DNA of 64,000 nt from Candidatus Eiseniibacteriota bacterium (GTDB lineage Bacteria; Eisenbacteria; RBG-16-71-46; SZUA-252): the NCBI GenBank assembly GCA_963703225.1, contig OY969801.1:2176001-2240000 (forward strand), in the 5' to 3' direction. The notes under the pieces were generated by a model. The model ran no database searches, was not told the DNA's origin, and was given only the letters and a program-made list of their open reading frames with translations. Both the position numbers and the translations under genes were made by a program. Below, in pieces: positions 45,132 to 57,981 of the stretch (position 1 is its first letter; each line of letters starts with the position of its first letter).

Positions 45132-46145
45132 TCAGATGAACAGCGAGCTCAGCGATTCCTCATCATGGATGCGGCGGATCGCCTCGCCCAAGAGCTCCGC
45201 CACGGAGAGCACCCGGATCTTGGAAGGGAGCCGGGCCGGCTCGTGCGGATAGCTGTCGGTGATGATCAACTCCTTGATCACCGAGGCCGCGATCCGCTCC
45301 TTGGCGTCGCCGCAAAGCACGCCGTGCGTGCACGCGGCGTAAATTTCGCGCGCTCCCGAGTCTTGAAGTGCGCGCGCGGCTTCGACGAGCGTCGAACCGG
45401 TGCTCACAATGTCGTCGAAGATCACGACGTTCTTCCCATCCACTTCCCCGATGACGTTCATCATCTCCACCGCGTCGGGCCGCGGGCGTCGCTTGTCGAC
45501 GATCGCGAGGCTCGCGCTCAGACGCTTGGCGTAGGCGCGGGCCATCTTCACGCTCCCGATGTCCGGCGCCACGACCACGACGTTCGGGATCTGGAGTCGT
45601 AGGAAATAGTCCACCAGAACCGGCGCGGCGTAGAGGTGATCGAACGGGATGTCGAAGAACCCCTGAATCTGCGCCGAATGAAGATCCATCGTCATCACCC
45701 GGTCCGCGCCCGCGGTGGTGATCAGGTTCGCCACGAGCTTCGCGGTGATCGGGACCCGCGGCTGGTCCTTCCGATCCTGCCGCTGGAATCCGAAATACGG
45801 GATGACCGCGGTCACGCGCCGGGCCGAAGCCCGACGGACGGCATCGATCATGACCAGGAGCTCCATCAAGTTCGTGGCCGGCGCGAAGGTGGGCTGGAAC
45901 ACGAAGATGTCGGAGCCCCGGATGTTCTCGTTGATCTTGACGAATGTCTCTCCGTCGGCGAACTGGTCGACGATCGCGTCGCCCAACTCGATCTGGAGGT
46001 AGTCGCAAATCGCGCCGGCGAGCGGCCGGTTGGCGTTCCCGCTAAAGAGGCGCAGGCGCGTTTCGGCCGAGCGCAGCCGGGGCGGCTCGGGCTGCCCTTT
46101 CACCGACGGTACCGCGCGCCGGTCGGTAGCTAGCTTCACCGTCAT
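45132..46145 (-). CDS. prs: Ribose-phosphate pyrophosphokinase
   Basis: FADGE, RQDRK, DLHS.QIQGFF, DDIVSTG. Confidence 0.96.
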   Translation of the reverse strand: MTVKLATDRRAVPSVKGQPEPPRLRSAETRLRLFSGNANRPLAGAICDYLQIELGDAIVDQFADGETFVKINENIRGSDIFVFQPTFAPATNLMELLVMIDAVRRASARRVTAVIPYFGFQRQDRKDQPRVPITAKLVANLITTAGADRVMTMDLHSAQIQGFFDIPFDHLYAAPVLVDYFLRLQIPNVVVVAPDIGSVKMARAYAKRLSASLAIVDKRRPRPDAVEMMNVIGEVDGKNVVIFDDIVSTGSTLVEAARALQDSGAREIYAACTHGVLCGDAKERIAASVIKELIITDSYPHEPARLPSKIRVLSVAELLGEAIRRIHDEESLSSLFI

Positions 46146-46172
46146 CGCGACCTCCTGGGATCGATGCCGAAC

Positions 46173-46212
46173 AAAAAAGACCCGAAGACCGATTGACGGC
46201 TTCGTCAATCGG
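46173..46212 (-). terminator. Hairpin + U-tract (terminator/attenuator-like) upstream of prs
   Basis: CCGATTGACG-AAGC-CGTCAATCGG followed by TCTTCGGGTCTTTTTT. Confidence 0.55.
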
Positions 46213-46367
46213 GCCCGAGGCGCCGCGCGGCGCTCGCTGGACCGGAGGAACAAGCCTCCGGGGCCCGGCGATCGAGGTCAATTGTCTTGGGTCTCATGAG
46301 GCGGCCGCACCCGGCGGTCCGCCGTCCTGCCCTACATGTTACAACAAGAGCGCCCCGCGCGACGTGG

Positions 46368-46442
46368 TGGTTGGGGCGGGAGGATTCGAACCTCCGAATG
46401 GGAGATCCAAAGTCTCCTGGCTTACCACTTGCCGACGCCCCA
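46368..46442 (-). tRNA. tRNA-Gln(TTG)
   Basis: Anticodon arm GGAGA-CTTTGGA-TCTCC, TTCGAA T-loop, encoded CCA. Confidence 0.95.
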
Positions 46443-46505
46443 ATCCGTCATCGCGAGGGAATTCCTTTCCCCGAGCCGGGCGCCGGCACCGCGTCTGCCA
46501 ACCGC

Positions 46506-46796
46506 CTAAAGCACCGTGCCGATCAGGGAAGGCTGCTTTGCGCGCTCCCTTTGGTATTCGTCGAGGATCCGATCCTCGATGAACTTTCTGGTCTCGTTGT
46601 TGATCGGATGCGCGACGTCCTGATAGGTCCCATCCGGCCGCTTTCGGCTCGGCATGGCTACGAACATCCCATTCGTTCCTTCGATGATCTTGAGGCCTCG
46701 GATTACGAATGCGTCATTGAACGTCATGCTCGCAAAGGCTTTCAGCTTGTCGTCATCCCTGAGCGATATGCGGACTTCAGTAATCTCGAGTGTCAT
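46506..46796 (-). CDS. spoVG: SpoVG-family nucleic-acid-binding protein
   Basis: ITEVRI, LKAFAS.TF, FVAMPSRK, Y.DVAHPI. Confidence 0.95.
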   Translation of the reverse strand: MTLEITEVRISLRDDDKLKAFASMTFNDAFVIRGLKIIEGTNGMFVAMPSRKRPDGTYQDVAHPINNETRKFIEDRILDEYQRERAKQPSLIGTVL

Positions 46797-46905
46797 ACCG
46801 TCTCACCCGCCTCGAGTTCCGGACCCCGATCCCTCGAAGTCCCTAGGAGCCCCATCCAGGACTCTGGCCACGCACCGCACTGCCAACGTCGCCCGGACAA
46901 TGAGA

Positions 46906-47802
46906 TCACGCAACTGGTGCTACGGTGACGCCACGTTCCAGAGTACGAACCACGCGAACCTCAGCGCCCCGGCCTGCGATTCCCTTCGCGGCCGTTATCG
47001 CTTCGTCGAGCGAGCGAACGACGCCGTAGATCGTCGATCCGCTCCCCGACAGCAGCGCTTTCATCGCGCCGCCGCCGATGATTGCGCGCTTCAGTTCGGC
47101 GAGACTTGGAAATTCGGGAAGGACAACGTCCTCGAAAACGTTGTGCATCGCGCTCGCAACCGCGCCCCACTCCCGGCTACCCAGCGCTGACGCGAGGACA
47201 GTAGCGCCGCTCGGCCCCGGTGTCAAATGATTTCTGGCCCGACCGTATGCCCAAGTCGTTGAAACACAGATAGGTGGGCTCACGAGCACCGCCCAGAAGG
47301 GCTCCACCGGACAAAGTTGTCTCAGTTGATCGCCCCGGCCCGTCCCGCGAGCGGTCCCACCTCTGACAAAAAATGGCGCATCGGCGCCGAGGCGCGCCGC
47401 CAATACTTCCTGGTCCCCGGCCGAGAGGTCGAGGCCGAACAGACGGGCCGCGCCTGCCAAAAATCCGGCCGCGTCACTGCTTCCGCCGCCGAGTCCGGCG
47501 CCAACCGGTATACGTTTGGTGAGTGTCGCCTGGATTCCGGATAATTTCGATCCAGCTGTCCGTTCACGGAGAAGCTCCCAGGCCCTCTCCACCAGGTTGG
47601 GCCCGTTCGAAGGGATCGGGATACCCCGCGTCTCCAGGGTGAAGCCGGGCGGGCCGGGCCTCAGGATCAACTCATCTTCGAGGTTCACGGTCTGGAGGAT
47701 GGTGTCGATCTCGTGGTAGCCGTCCGCCCGACGGCCCAGGATCCACAAGCCCAGATTGATCTTGGCCGGGCAGCGCACCCGGACCCCAGCAGGCTCTCCC
47801 AC
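46906..47802 (-). CDS. ispE: 4-diphosphocytidyl-2-C-methyl-D-erythritol kinase
   Basis: PAKINL.L, DGYHE, IPVGAGLGGGSSDAA, LSGSGST. Confidence 0.95.
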   Translation of the reverse strand: MGEPAGVRVRCPAKINLGLWILGRRADGYHEIDTILQTVNLEDELILRPGPPGFTLETRGIPIPSNGPNLVERAWELLRERTAGSKLSGIQATLTKRIPVGAGLGGGSSDAAGFLAGAARLFGLDLSAGDQEVLAARLGADAPFFVRGGTARGTGRGDQLRQLCPVEPFWAVLVSPPICVSTTWAYGRARNHLTPGPSGATVLASALGSREWGAVASAMHNVFEDVVLPEFPSLAELKRAIIGGGAMKALLSGSGSTIYGVVRSLDEAITAAKGIAGRGAEVRVVRTLERGVTVAPVA

Positions 47803-47805
47803 CGT

Positions 47806-48711
47806 CTATCCGCGCGGCCAGGTCAGGATGGCAACGACCACGGCCGCCCAGAGGATCACGTTGAGAAGCGTTGCCCGGTCGCTCAGCAAATGCTCGGAGG
47901 GGTCTCCCCCCTTGTCCTGGGCATACATCAAATAGAGATAACGAAAGATGCCGTACAAAACGAACGGGATCGTCAAATAAATCGGCCGGCCGTCGAACTT
48001 GGCCAGGGTCTCGGGCGAGATGGTGTAGACGGCATAGGCGAGCACCGTGGCGCCCGTGACCACCGCGACGAGCTGATCCAGAAGCTTCGCGTTGTAGAGG
48101 CCGAGCGCCCCGCGGTGGCGCGACGCGTCCGCCTCCAGCACGGTCAGCTCGTGGCGCCGCTTCCCGATCGCGAGGAAGAGCGCGAGGAAAAAGGCGCAGA
48201 CCAGGAGCCACGGGCTGAGCTCGATCGTCTCGGAGCCGGCGTGCGCGCGGTCGCGCATCAGCTCCACGCCGGCCACGGCGCGGAGCACAAATCCCAGCGC
48301 GATCGCGACCACGTCGAGGAGCACGACCTGTTTCCAGAACAGGGAATAGAGGAGCGTGAGCACGACGTAACCCACCGCGCACGCGCCGAAGCGGGGACCC
48401 AGGAGAAAACAGCCGCCGATCCCCAGCGCCAGGAACGCGACCGCGAACGCGGAGGCCGCGACCGGGGAGAGTGTTCCGGAGGCGACCGGGCGAGCCCGCT
48501 TCTCGGGGTGGAGCCGATCGCGCTCGACGTCGAGCACATCATTGAGCATGTAGACGCCTGAGACCGCGATCGAGAACGCGAAAAATCCGGCGATAGCGGC
48601 GAGCACGAAAGGCGGCTCGAGGATCTTCAGCGTGAAGACCAGTCCGGCGAACAGAACCAGATTCTTGGTCCACTGGTAGAGCCGCATCGAGCGGACCACC
48701 TCACGGATCAT
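47806..48711 (-). CDS. Decaprenyl-phosphate phosphoribosyltransferase-like UbiA prenyltransferase
   Basis: QWTKNL, NDVLDVERDRLHPEKRARPVASG, KRRHEL, YGIFRYL. Confidence 0.85.
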   Translation of the reverse strand: MIREVVRSMRLYQWTKNLVLFAGLVFTLKILEPPFVLAAIAGFFAFSIAVSGVYMLNDVLDVERDRLHPEKRARPVASGTLSPVAASAFAVAFLALGIGGCFLLGPRFGACAVGYVVLTLLYSLFWKQVVLLDVVAIALGFVLRAVAGVELMRDRAHAGSETIELSPWLLVCAFFLALFLAIGKRRHELTVLEADASRHRGALGLYNAKLLDQLVAVVTGATVLAYAVYTISPETLAKFDGRPIYLTIPFVLYGIFRYLYLMYAQDKGGDPSEHLLSDRATLLNVILWAAVVVAILTWPRG

Positions 48712-49283
48712 CTTCGCGCCATCTCCTCGGCCCGCTCGCAGCAGAGGTGGCCCACCGCGAGGTGCACTTCCTGGATGCGCGGGGTAGACCGGCTCGGGAC
48801 GACCAGGCAGAGGTCGCATCTTCGGGCGAACGAGGCGCCGCCCGCGCCGGTCATGCCGATCACCCTGAGGCCGCGCGCGCGCGCCGCGCGGACGGCGGCC
48901 AGGATGTTGGGCGAACGGCCGCTCGTGGTGAGCGCCACGAGGAGATCGCCGCGTCGGCCGAGCGCTTCGATCTGGCGCGCATACACGCGCTCGAAGCCGT
49001 AGTCGTTTCCGACCGAGGTGAGGATCGAGCTGTCGGTGGTGAGGGCGACGGCCGGCAGGGCACGGCGCTCCCGCTCGAAGCGCCCGACCAGCTCCGCGGC
49101 AAAGTGCTGCGCTTCGGCGGCGCTGCCGCCGTTGCCGCAGAAGAATATCGTCCGTCCCCGCCGAAGCGTGGCGCCGAAGAGACGCGCCATCCGCTCCACA
49201 CCGGCCCCGTCGCGCGCGAGCGTTTCCAGGAGGAGCCGCGCGCCCTCCTCGAGGCCACGACGAATCGGGCTCGGCCGCTTCAC
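48708..49283 (-). CDS. gmhA: D-sedoheptulose-7-phosphate isomerase
   Basis: GNGGSAAEAQH, NDYGF, TSGRSPN, RIQEVH. Confidence 0.93.
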   Translation of the reverse strand: MKRPSPIRRGLEEGARLLLETLARDGAGVERMARLFGATLRRGRTIFFCGNGGSAAEAQHFAAELVGRFERERRALPAVALTTDSSILTSVGNDYGFERVYARQIEALGRRGDLLVALTTSGRSPNILAAVRAARARGLRVIGMTGAGGASFARRCDLCLVVPSRSTPRIQEVHLAVGHLCCERAEEMARR

Positions 49284-50140
49284 GCCGCCTCGCCCTCCAC
49301 TGCTTTCCGGGACGCGAGGTAGTGGTGGAGGGCCTCCTCCCACCGCGGAGGGCTTTCCCCGGTGAGCGCGCGATACCGGGCGCCCGAGAGGACCGAGTAT
49401 TTCGGCCGCGCCGCCGGCCGCGGGAATCGCTCGGAGGTGGTCGGCTGGATGGTCGCGGAGGATCCCAGATAGCGACCGATCTCTACGGCGAAGCCATACC
49501 ACGTGGTCTGTCCGGAATTGGTCACGTGGACCGTCCCCGTCGATCCGCGCCGGAGCAGAAGCTCGATCCCGTGCGCGAGATCCCGGGCGTAGGTGGGGGA
49601 GCCGCGCTGGTCGTCGACCACCTCGAGCCCTTCCCCGCGCCCCAGCTTGGTCGCGATCGTGTCGACGAAGTTCTTGCCCCCATGCCCGAAGAGCCACGAA
49701 GTCCGCACGACGAGGTGACGCGCGCCGGAAGCGCGCACCTCCTCCTCGCCGGCCAGCTTCGATCGGCCGTAGACGTTGATCGGGTTTGGAGAATCCTCTT
49801 CCAGGTAGGGGGCGCCCTTGGTGCCGTCGAACACGTAGTCGGTGCTCACGTAGACGATCGCGGCGCCCCGCTCGCGGGCGAGGTCGGCGACCGTCCGCGT
49901 CGCGTCCCGGTTCACGGCCATCGCCTTGTCGGGTTCCGACTCGCAGCCGTCCACGTTCGTCATCGCGGCGGCGTGGACGATCGCGTCGAACTCGATCCCC
50001 TGGGCGGCCGCCCGTATCCGCGCCGCGTCGGTGAGGTCGGCCTCGCCCCTTCCCCAGAGGAGCAGCGAGTGGGCCTTGCCCAGCCTCTCCGAGAGGGCTC
50101 TGCCCAGAATCCCGTTCGCTCCCGTGATCAGTACGCGCAT
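49280..50140 (-). CDS. rfbD: dTDP-4-dehydrorhamnose reductase
   Basis: ITGANG.LG, STDYVFDG, YGRSKLAGE, DDQRGSPT. Confidence 0.95.
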   Translation of the reverse strand: MRVLITGANGILGRALSERLGKAHSLLLWGRGEADLTDAARIRAAAQGIEFDAIVHAAAMTNVDGCESEPDKAMAVNRDATRTVADLARERGAAIVYVSTDYVFDGTKGAPYLEEDSPNPINVYGRSKLAGEEEVRASGARHLVVRTSWLFGHGGKNFVDTIATKLGRGEGLEVVDDQRGSPTYARDLAHGIELLLRRGSTGTVHVTNSGQTTWYGFAVEIGRYLGSSATIQPTTSERFPRPAARPKYSVLSGARYRALTGESPPRWEEALHHYLASRKAVEGEAA

Positions 50141-50146
50141 GGTCCG

Positions 50147-51211
50147 CTACAGCACGTCCACCAGGCTCGAATCGCCCAGCATGAACCGGTAGGCCGAAGG
50201 CTTCCGCTGGGAGCGCTGGATGCGAACTTCCTTGCCGATCAGGGATGCCTCGATCCGGACCGGCACGTCCTCGATGACGCAGCGCTCGAGGACGATCGAG
50301 TGCTCGATCTCGCTGTTTCGGACGCGGACGTCATCGTAGATCGAGGAGAAGGGACCGATGTAGGCGTTCTCGATCACGCAGCGCTCTCCCAGCGTGAGTG
50401 GGCCGCGGAGGATCGAATTTTTCACGACGGTCCCCGGCGCCACGATCACCTCGCCCTCGGCTTTTGTCTGGGCGTCCAGCTCGCCGCGGATCGATCGCTT
50501 GGCGCGCGAGAGGACCATCCGGTTCGCCTCCAGAATGTCCTCCAGCTTCCCCGTGTCCTTCCACCATCCGCCGATGATGTGGTGGCGGACTTCCCGTCCG
50601 TGATCGATGAGGTACTGGATCGCGTCGGTGATCTCCAGCTCGTTCCGGAACGAGGGGCGGATGCCGTCGACCGCCTCGAAGATGGTCGGGTCGAACATGT
50701 AGACGCCGACCAGGGCGAGATCCGATTTGGGTTGCTTGGGCTTTTCGACCAGTCGCTTGATCCGGTCCCCGTCGAGCTCCGCGACGCCGAACTCCTCGGG
50801 GTGGGGTACGTGGGCGAGGAGGATTTGGCTGTTGGGGCGATCGCGCCGGAACTCCTCGACGAGCGGCGTGATCCCGTCGAGGATCAGGTTGTCCCCGAGG
50901 TACATCACAAACGTGTCGTCCCCCAGAAACGCGCGCGAAACCTTGACCGCGTGCGCCAGCCCCAGCGGCGCGTCCTGCCGGATATAGGTCGTCTTGACCC
51001 CAAAGGCCGAGCCGTCGCCCACCGCCGCGCGGATCTCCGCTTCGGTATCCCCCACGACGATTCCCACGTCCGAGATTCCCGCCGCCCGGATCGCCTCGAT
51101 CCCGTAGAAGAGGATCGGCTTGTTGGCGATCGGGACGAGCTGCTTGGCGCTCGTGTGGGTGATCGGCCGAAGCCGCGTCCCTTTCCCGCCGCTCAGGATG
51201 AGCGCCTTCAT
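50147..51211 (-). CDS. rfbA: Glucose-1-phosphate thymidylyltransferase (long form)
   Basis: LSGGKGTRLRP.T..AKQL.P, YLGDN, WWKDTG. Confidence 0.92.
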   Translation of the reverse strand: MKALILSGGKGTRLRPITHTSAKQLVPIANKPILFYGIEAIRAAGISDVGIVVGDTEAEIRAAVGDGSAFGVKTTYIRQDAPLGLAHAVKVSRAFLGDDTFVMYLGDNLILDGITPLVEEFRRDRPNSQILLAHVPHPEEFGVAELDGDRIKRLVEKPKQPKSDLALVGVYMFDPTIFEAVDGIRPSFRNELEITDAIQYLIDHGREVRHHIIGGWWKDTGKLEDILEANRMVLSRAKRSIRGELDAQTKAEGEVIVAPGTVVKNSILRGPLTLGERCVIENAYIGPFSSIYDDVRVRNSEIEHSIVLERCVIEDVPVRIEASLIGKEVRIQRSQRKPSAYRFMLGDSSLVDVL

Positions 51212-51248
51212 CGTGCCCGCTCGGCTCTCTGGTGTTCCCATCGCGCGG

Positions 51249-53929
<2,681 letters not shown>

Positions 53930-53930
<1 letters not shown>

Positions 53931-54526
53931 CAGTGTGGTTCCGGGCCTTCCGCTCCGCCGTAGGTCACGAGATCCCGCACGATGCTCCAGTCAAAGCCTC
54001 GCCGGACGAGTGCGCCGGCGATCCTCCGCGCGCGGTCGGGCGCCTCCCGCCGTCGGTGCCTCCGCTCCAATTCCGCGATCGCGGCCCGGGCCCGTCCTTC
54101 CTCCGTATCGAGCGCGCGCTCCGCGAGGTCGGGGTCCTCGTGGAGCAGCGCGTCGATCTCTTCGATCAGCGGCGCCGGGATGCCCCGCCGCTTCAGCTTG
54201 AGGGCCAGCAGACGGCGCCCCTGAGGCCGACGCGGAATCTCCGCGCGCAGGAACGAGCGGACGAACGCGCGATCGTCCAGAAGCGAGACGCGGCGAAGCC
54301 GCTCGACGGCGTGCTCCACCGCGTCCTGAACAAAGCCGCGCTCGAGGAGCCGGTCCACCACTTCCCGCTCGGTGCGTGGTCCCTGCTCCAGCATCCGGAG
54401 GGCCGCTTCCTTGGCGGCATCCTCCGACGAAGTCCTCTCCGTCCGGCGCGGCACTGAGTCAGATCCGGACTCGGCGTTCTCCCCGAGCTTCCGGCGTCGC
54501 CGTGGCCGGAGCGGCCGCCGCGCCAT
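53930..54526 (-). CDS. recX: Regulatory protein RecX (start uncertain)
   Basis: AALR.L..RTE.E, LLDDRAF, LVRRGF; directly after recA. Confidence 0.85.
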
Positions 54527-55568
54527 CCGAGGCCGGCCGCGTGAGTCCGAGCGCCTCGCGGAGCTTCGCCTCCAGCTCGGCGGCGGCGTCGGGGTGTTCC
54601 TTCAGCCAAAGGCGGGCGTTCTCGCGCCCTTGCCCGATCCTCTCTTCTCCGTACGAGAACCAGGTCCCGCTCTTCTGAACCAGGTTCTTCTCGACCGCGA
54701 GGTCGATGAGCTCGCCCTGCCGGGAGATCCCCTCGTTGAAGAGGATGTCGAACTCCGCCTCCTTGAACGGCGCCGCGACCTTGTTCTTCACCACCTTCAC
54801 CTTCACGCGGCTGCCGATGTTGTTATCGCCCTCTTTGATGGCCCCGATCCGGCGAATATCCATGCGGATCGATGCGTAGAACTTGAGCGCGCGGCCTCCG
54901 GTCGTCGTCTCGGGATTCCCGAACATGACGCCGATCTGCATGCGGATCTGATTGATGAAGACGACCGTCGTCTTGGACTTGGAGATCGTGCCGGTCAGCT
55001 TGCGGAGCGCCTGGGACATGAGGCGCGCCTGAAGACCCATGTGCGAGTCTCCCATCTCCCCCTCGATCTCCGCCTTGGGGACGAGCGCGGCCACCGAGTC
55101 GATCACGATGATGTCGACGGCGCCGCTGCGGACGAGATGCTCCGCGATCTCCAGCGCTTCCTCGCCCGTGTCGGGCTGGGACACGTGGAGGCCGTCGATG
55201 TCGACCCCGATTCGCTTCGCGTAGTTCGCGTCCAGCGCGTGCTCGGCGTCGATGAAGACCGCGTTCCCGCCCGCCCGCTGTGCCTGCGCGATGATGGTGA
55301 GCGCGAGGGTCGTCTTTCCCGAGGACTCGGGGCCGTAGATCTCGATGACGCGCCCGCGGGGCACGCCGCCGACGCCGAGCGCCGCGTCGAGCAGGATCGA
55401 GCCGGTCGAGATCGCCTCGATTTGGACGCGCGCGGAGTCCTCCCCCAGCTTCATGATCGCGCCCTTTCCGAACTGGCGCTCGATCTGCTGTACAGCGAGT
55501 TCGAGCGCCTTGGAGCGCTCCTTGCTCATTTCCCTGGCCGCTGAGCCCGTGGACGTGTTCCCTGCCAT
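54459..55568 (-). CDS. recA: Recombinase RecA
   Basis: [35 protein letters not shown]. Confidence 0.99.
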   Translation of the reverse strand: MAGNTSTGSAAREMSKERSKALELAVQQIERQFGKGAIMKLGEDSARVQIEAISTGSILLDAALGVGGVPRGRVIEIYGPESSGKTTLALTIIAQAQRAGGNAVFIDAEHALDANYAKRIGVDIDGLHVSQPDTGEEALEIAEHLVRSGAVDIIVIDSVAALVPKAEIEGEMGDSHMGLQARLMSQALRKLTGTISKSKTTVVFINQIRMQIGVMFGNPETTTGGRALKFYASIRMDIRRIGAIKEGDNNIGSRVKVKVVKNKVAAPFKEAEFDILFNEGISRQGELIDLAVEKNLVQKSGTWFSYGEERIGQGRENARLWLKEHPDAAAELEAKLREALGLTRPASDGAAAAPATATPEARGERRVRI

Positions 55569-55647
55569 GTCGCGATTCCCCCTGATCTGTTTCTGGCGGT
55601 CCGTTCCGGGACGCCTGGTTCGGGTCGGGGCGAAAAAGAGTGTTGGG

Positions 55648-56256
55648 TCACGGCTCCGGGTCCGTGCCGGCGCGCGGTGGAGTCGGGCTGGCGCCACCGG
55701 TTACCCGGAGGTGAATTTCCTGAAGCGGAGTATACCGGGCTCCGGATGGATGTAGTTCACTTTTCATCACGCAGATACGGTCGAGCGCCGACGCGGAGGG
55801 CGGCTGCGGCAGCGCGACTTCCCGGAGCCGTTCGAGGCCCTTCGCCCCGTCCCGAACTCGGGCAAGGGTCAGGTGGGGCCGGACCGGCTTGTCGGGCGGG
55901 TCGAACCCCTTCCGGTTCAGAGCCTCGTTCACCGTCCGGGCGAGTGCTGTGACCTCATCGGCCCCTTCGGCCAGGCCCACCCAGAGCACCCGAGGGCGCG
56001 CGATGTTCGGAAACGCCCCCAGCCCGCCGAGCCGAGCGACCGGCGCCACGACCGGAGCGGCACTCGACTCCACCGAATCGCAGACCCGCCGGACTCCCGA
56101 ATCCCCCAAGTCTCCGAGGAATCGGATCGTGAGATGGAGGTTCTCCGGTTTCACCCAGGAGAGCCCGCTCATCCCAGGCGCAAGGTCGCGGCCAAACGCC
56201 CCGAGAAACTCGGCCCACCCAGCCGGAATCATCAGAGCGACGAAGGTGCGGGTCAC
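55648..56256 (-). CDS. thpR: RNA 2',3'-cyclic phosphodiesterase (2H family)
   Basis: Two HxT motifs (HLTI, HLTL), RVLWVG. Confidence 0.9.
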   Translation of the reverse strand: MTRTFVALMIPAGWAEFLGAFGRDLAPGMSGLSWVKPENLHLTIRFLGDLGDSGVRRVCDSVESSAAPVVAPVARLGGLGAFPNIARPRVLWVGLAEGADEVTALARTVNEALNRKGFDPPDKPVRPHLTLARVRDGAKGLERLREVALPQPPSASALDRICVMKSELHPSGARYTPLQEIHLRVTGGASPTPPRAGTDPEP

Positions 56257-56277
56257 GGCGCCTCGGTCACCAATCCC

Positions 56278-57522
56278 TTACGACGGAGCGCGGGAGAGGT
56301 GGCGCCGCGCGAGATCGAGCGCGTAGGCGGAGGATCGCGCCGTGACCTCCTCGCGGGTCCCGCCAAGGACGTGCCGGACGCTCCGGGTGCCTTTGGAGGA
56401 GGCGATACCAAGATAGACCAGACCCACCGGCTTCTCCGCGCTCCCGCCGCCGGGACCGGCGATTCCAGTGCTGGAAAGCGCGAGGTTCGATTCGAATCGT
56501 TTCCGCGCGCCGGTCGCCATTTCCTCGGCGACCTCCGCGCTCACCGCGCCTTGGCGCTCGATGGTGGTGGCCTTCACACCCAATAGCTCCTGCTTCGCGC
56601 GGTTTGAATACGCCACGACCCCGCCGAGAAAGTAGCGGGAGGCGCCCGGCGTGCTTACGATCAGAGCCCCCAGGCCGCCCCCGGTGAACGACTCGGCCGT
56701 GGCGATCGTGAGCTTTCGCTCCACCAGGAGCCCGCCGACGACGGCGGAGAGCGTCGTCCCGGCCCCGCCGTAGACGTGCTCGCCCGCAAGCTCGCGGATC
56801 CTTTGCTCGCACCGATCGATCGCGTCGGCCAGCCAGGCCGTGTCGGGCGAGACCGCCGCCAGGGTGACGTCGACGCCCGACGAATGTGGGAGGTATCCGA
56901 TCTTGACCATCGTCTCCTCGGCCTCGACGGCCTGGAACCGCTCGGCCAGGGCGGACTCGGAAATTCCCACCGTCCGGATGACCCGCCGCGCCAGCGACGG
57001 CCCGGCGCGGCCGGCGCGGAGAAAGGGGATGACATACTGATCCAGCATCGCCTCCGCCTCGGCCGGCACGCCGGGCAGGAAGAAGTACTCGGATTCCGCG
57101 TGGCTGAAATGAAGTCCTGGCGCGAGCCCGCGCGGGTTCTCGATGATCTTGGCCCCTTTGGGAACCAACGCCTGCGATTCGTTGATCGCCGGCATCTCGA
57201 CTCCCCGCTCTCGGAATCTGGCGCGGATCTTGTCGAGCACGGTCTCGTCGAGCACGAGCCGGCGCCGAAAGACCGTGGCGATCGCCTTTCGGGTGAGGTC
57301 GTCGGGTGTGGCGCCGAGGCCGCCAGTCACGACGATGACGGAGGCCCGGTGCTCCGCCGTTCGGAAAGCCTCGCCCATCCGCGCCGCGTCGTCGCCCACC
57401 GACGTCTGGTAGAAGACCTCGATCCCGATCGACGCGAGCTGCTCCACGATCCGAACTGAATTGGTTTCGCGCACGAGACCGTGAAGCAGCTCGGTCCCGA
57501 TCGTGATGATCTCGGCGCTCAT
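56278..57522 (-). CDS. cinA: Competence/damage-inducible protein CinA (MoCF-like + PncC domains)
   Basis: IGTELL.G, GGLGATPDDLT, TAESFTGG, TGIAGPGGG. Confidence 0.93.
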   Translation of the reverse strand: MSAEIITIGTELLHGLVRETNSVRIVEQLASIGIEVFYQTSVGDDAARMGEAFRTAEHRASVIVVTGGLGATPDDLTRKAIATVFRRRLVLDETVLDKIRARFRERGVEMPAINESQALVPKGAKIIENPRGLAPGLHFSHAESEYFFLPGVPAEAEAMLDQYVIPFLRAGRAGPSLARRVIRTVGISESALAERFQAVEAEETMVKIGYLPHSSGVDVTLAAVSPDTAWLADAIDRCEQRIRELAGEHVYGGAGTTLSAVVGGLLVERKLTIATAESFTGGGLGALIVSTPGASRYFLGGVVAYSNRAKQELLGVKATTIERQGAVSAEVAEEMATGARKRFESNLALSSTGIAGPGGGSAEKPVGLVYLGIASSKGTRSVRHVLGGTREEVTARSSAYALDLARRHLSRAPS

Positions 57523-57977
57523 AGCGCGAGGACGTGGAGGGCCACGCGCGTGAGCACGTTCGCGACGAGGGCGGCGAGGATGTCGTCGACCATGACCCCC
57601 CAACCCCCCGGGAGGCGCTGGCTCTGGCGTATTGGGAAGGGTTTCCAGACGTCGAGGAGCCGGAACAGGAGGAACGCGATGCCGAGGACGATCCACGGCC
57701 TGGCACCCAACGGGATGCCCCAGACCGTCAGAAGCATGCCCGCGATCTCGTCGATCACGATCGGGGACGCGTCCCGGCCCAGCGTGCGCTCCGCCTCGCC
57801 CGATGCCCAGACGCCGACCAGCGTCACGCCGAGAATAACCCCGCCGAACATCCAAAATTCGAGCCGCGCGGAGTAGTAGAGGAAGAGAGCGACGAGGAGC
57901 GACGCCCAGGTGGCGGGCGCGAGGGGGAGGCGGCCGACGCCGAAGCCCGTCGCGAGCCAGACGGCGAGGCGCCGCAT
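57519..57977 (-). CDS. pgpA: Phosphatidylglycerophosphatase A
   Basis: IVIDEIAG, FRLLDVWKP, GVMVDD. Confidence 0.92.
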   Translation of the reverse strand: MRRLAVWLATGFGVGRLPLAPATWASLLVALFLYYSARLEFWMFGGVILGVTLVGVWASGEAERTLGRDASPIVIDEIAGMLLTVWGIPLGARPWIVLGIAFLLFRLLDVWKPFPIRQSQRLPGGWGVMVDDILAALVANVLTRVALHVLAL

Positions 57978-57981
57978 ACGC

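Noticed and set aside
55569..55650. LexA box upstream of recA
   Set aside because: GAAC half-sites are present, but the spacing fits no LexA consensus that I can confidently assign.
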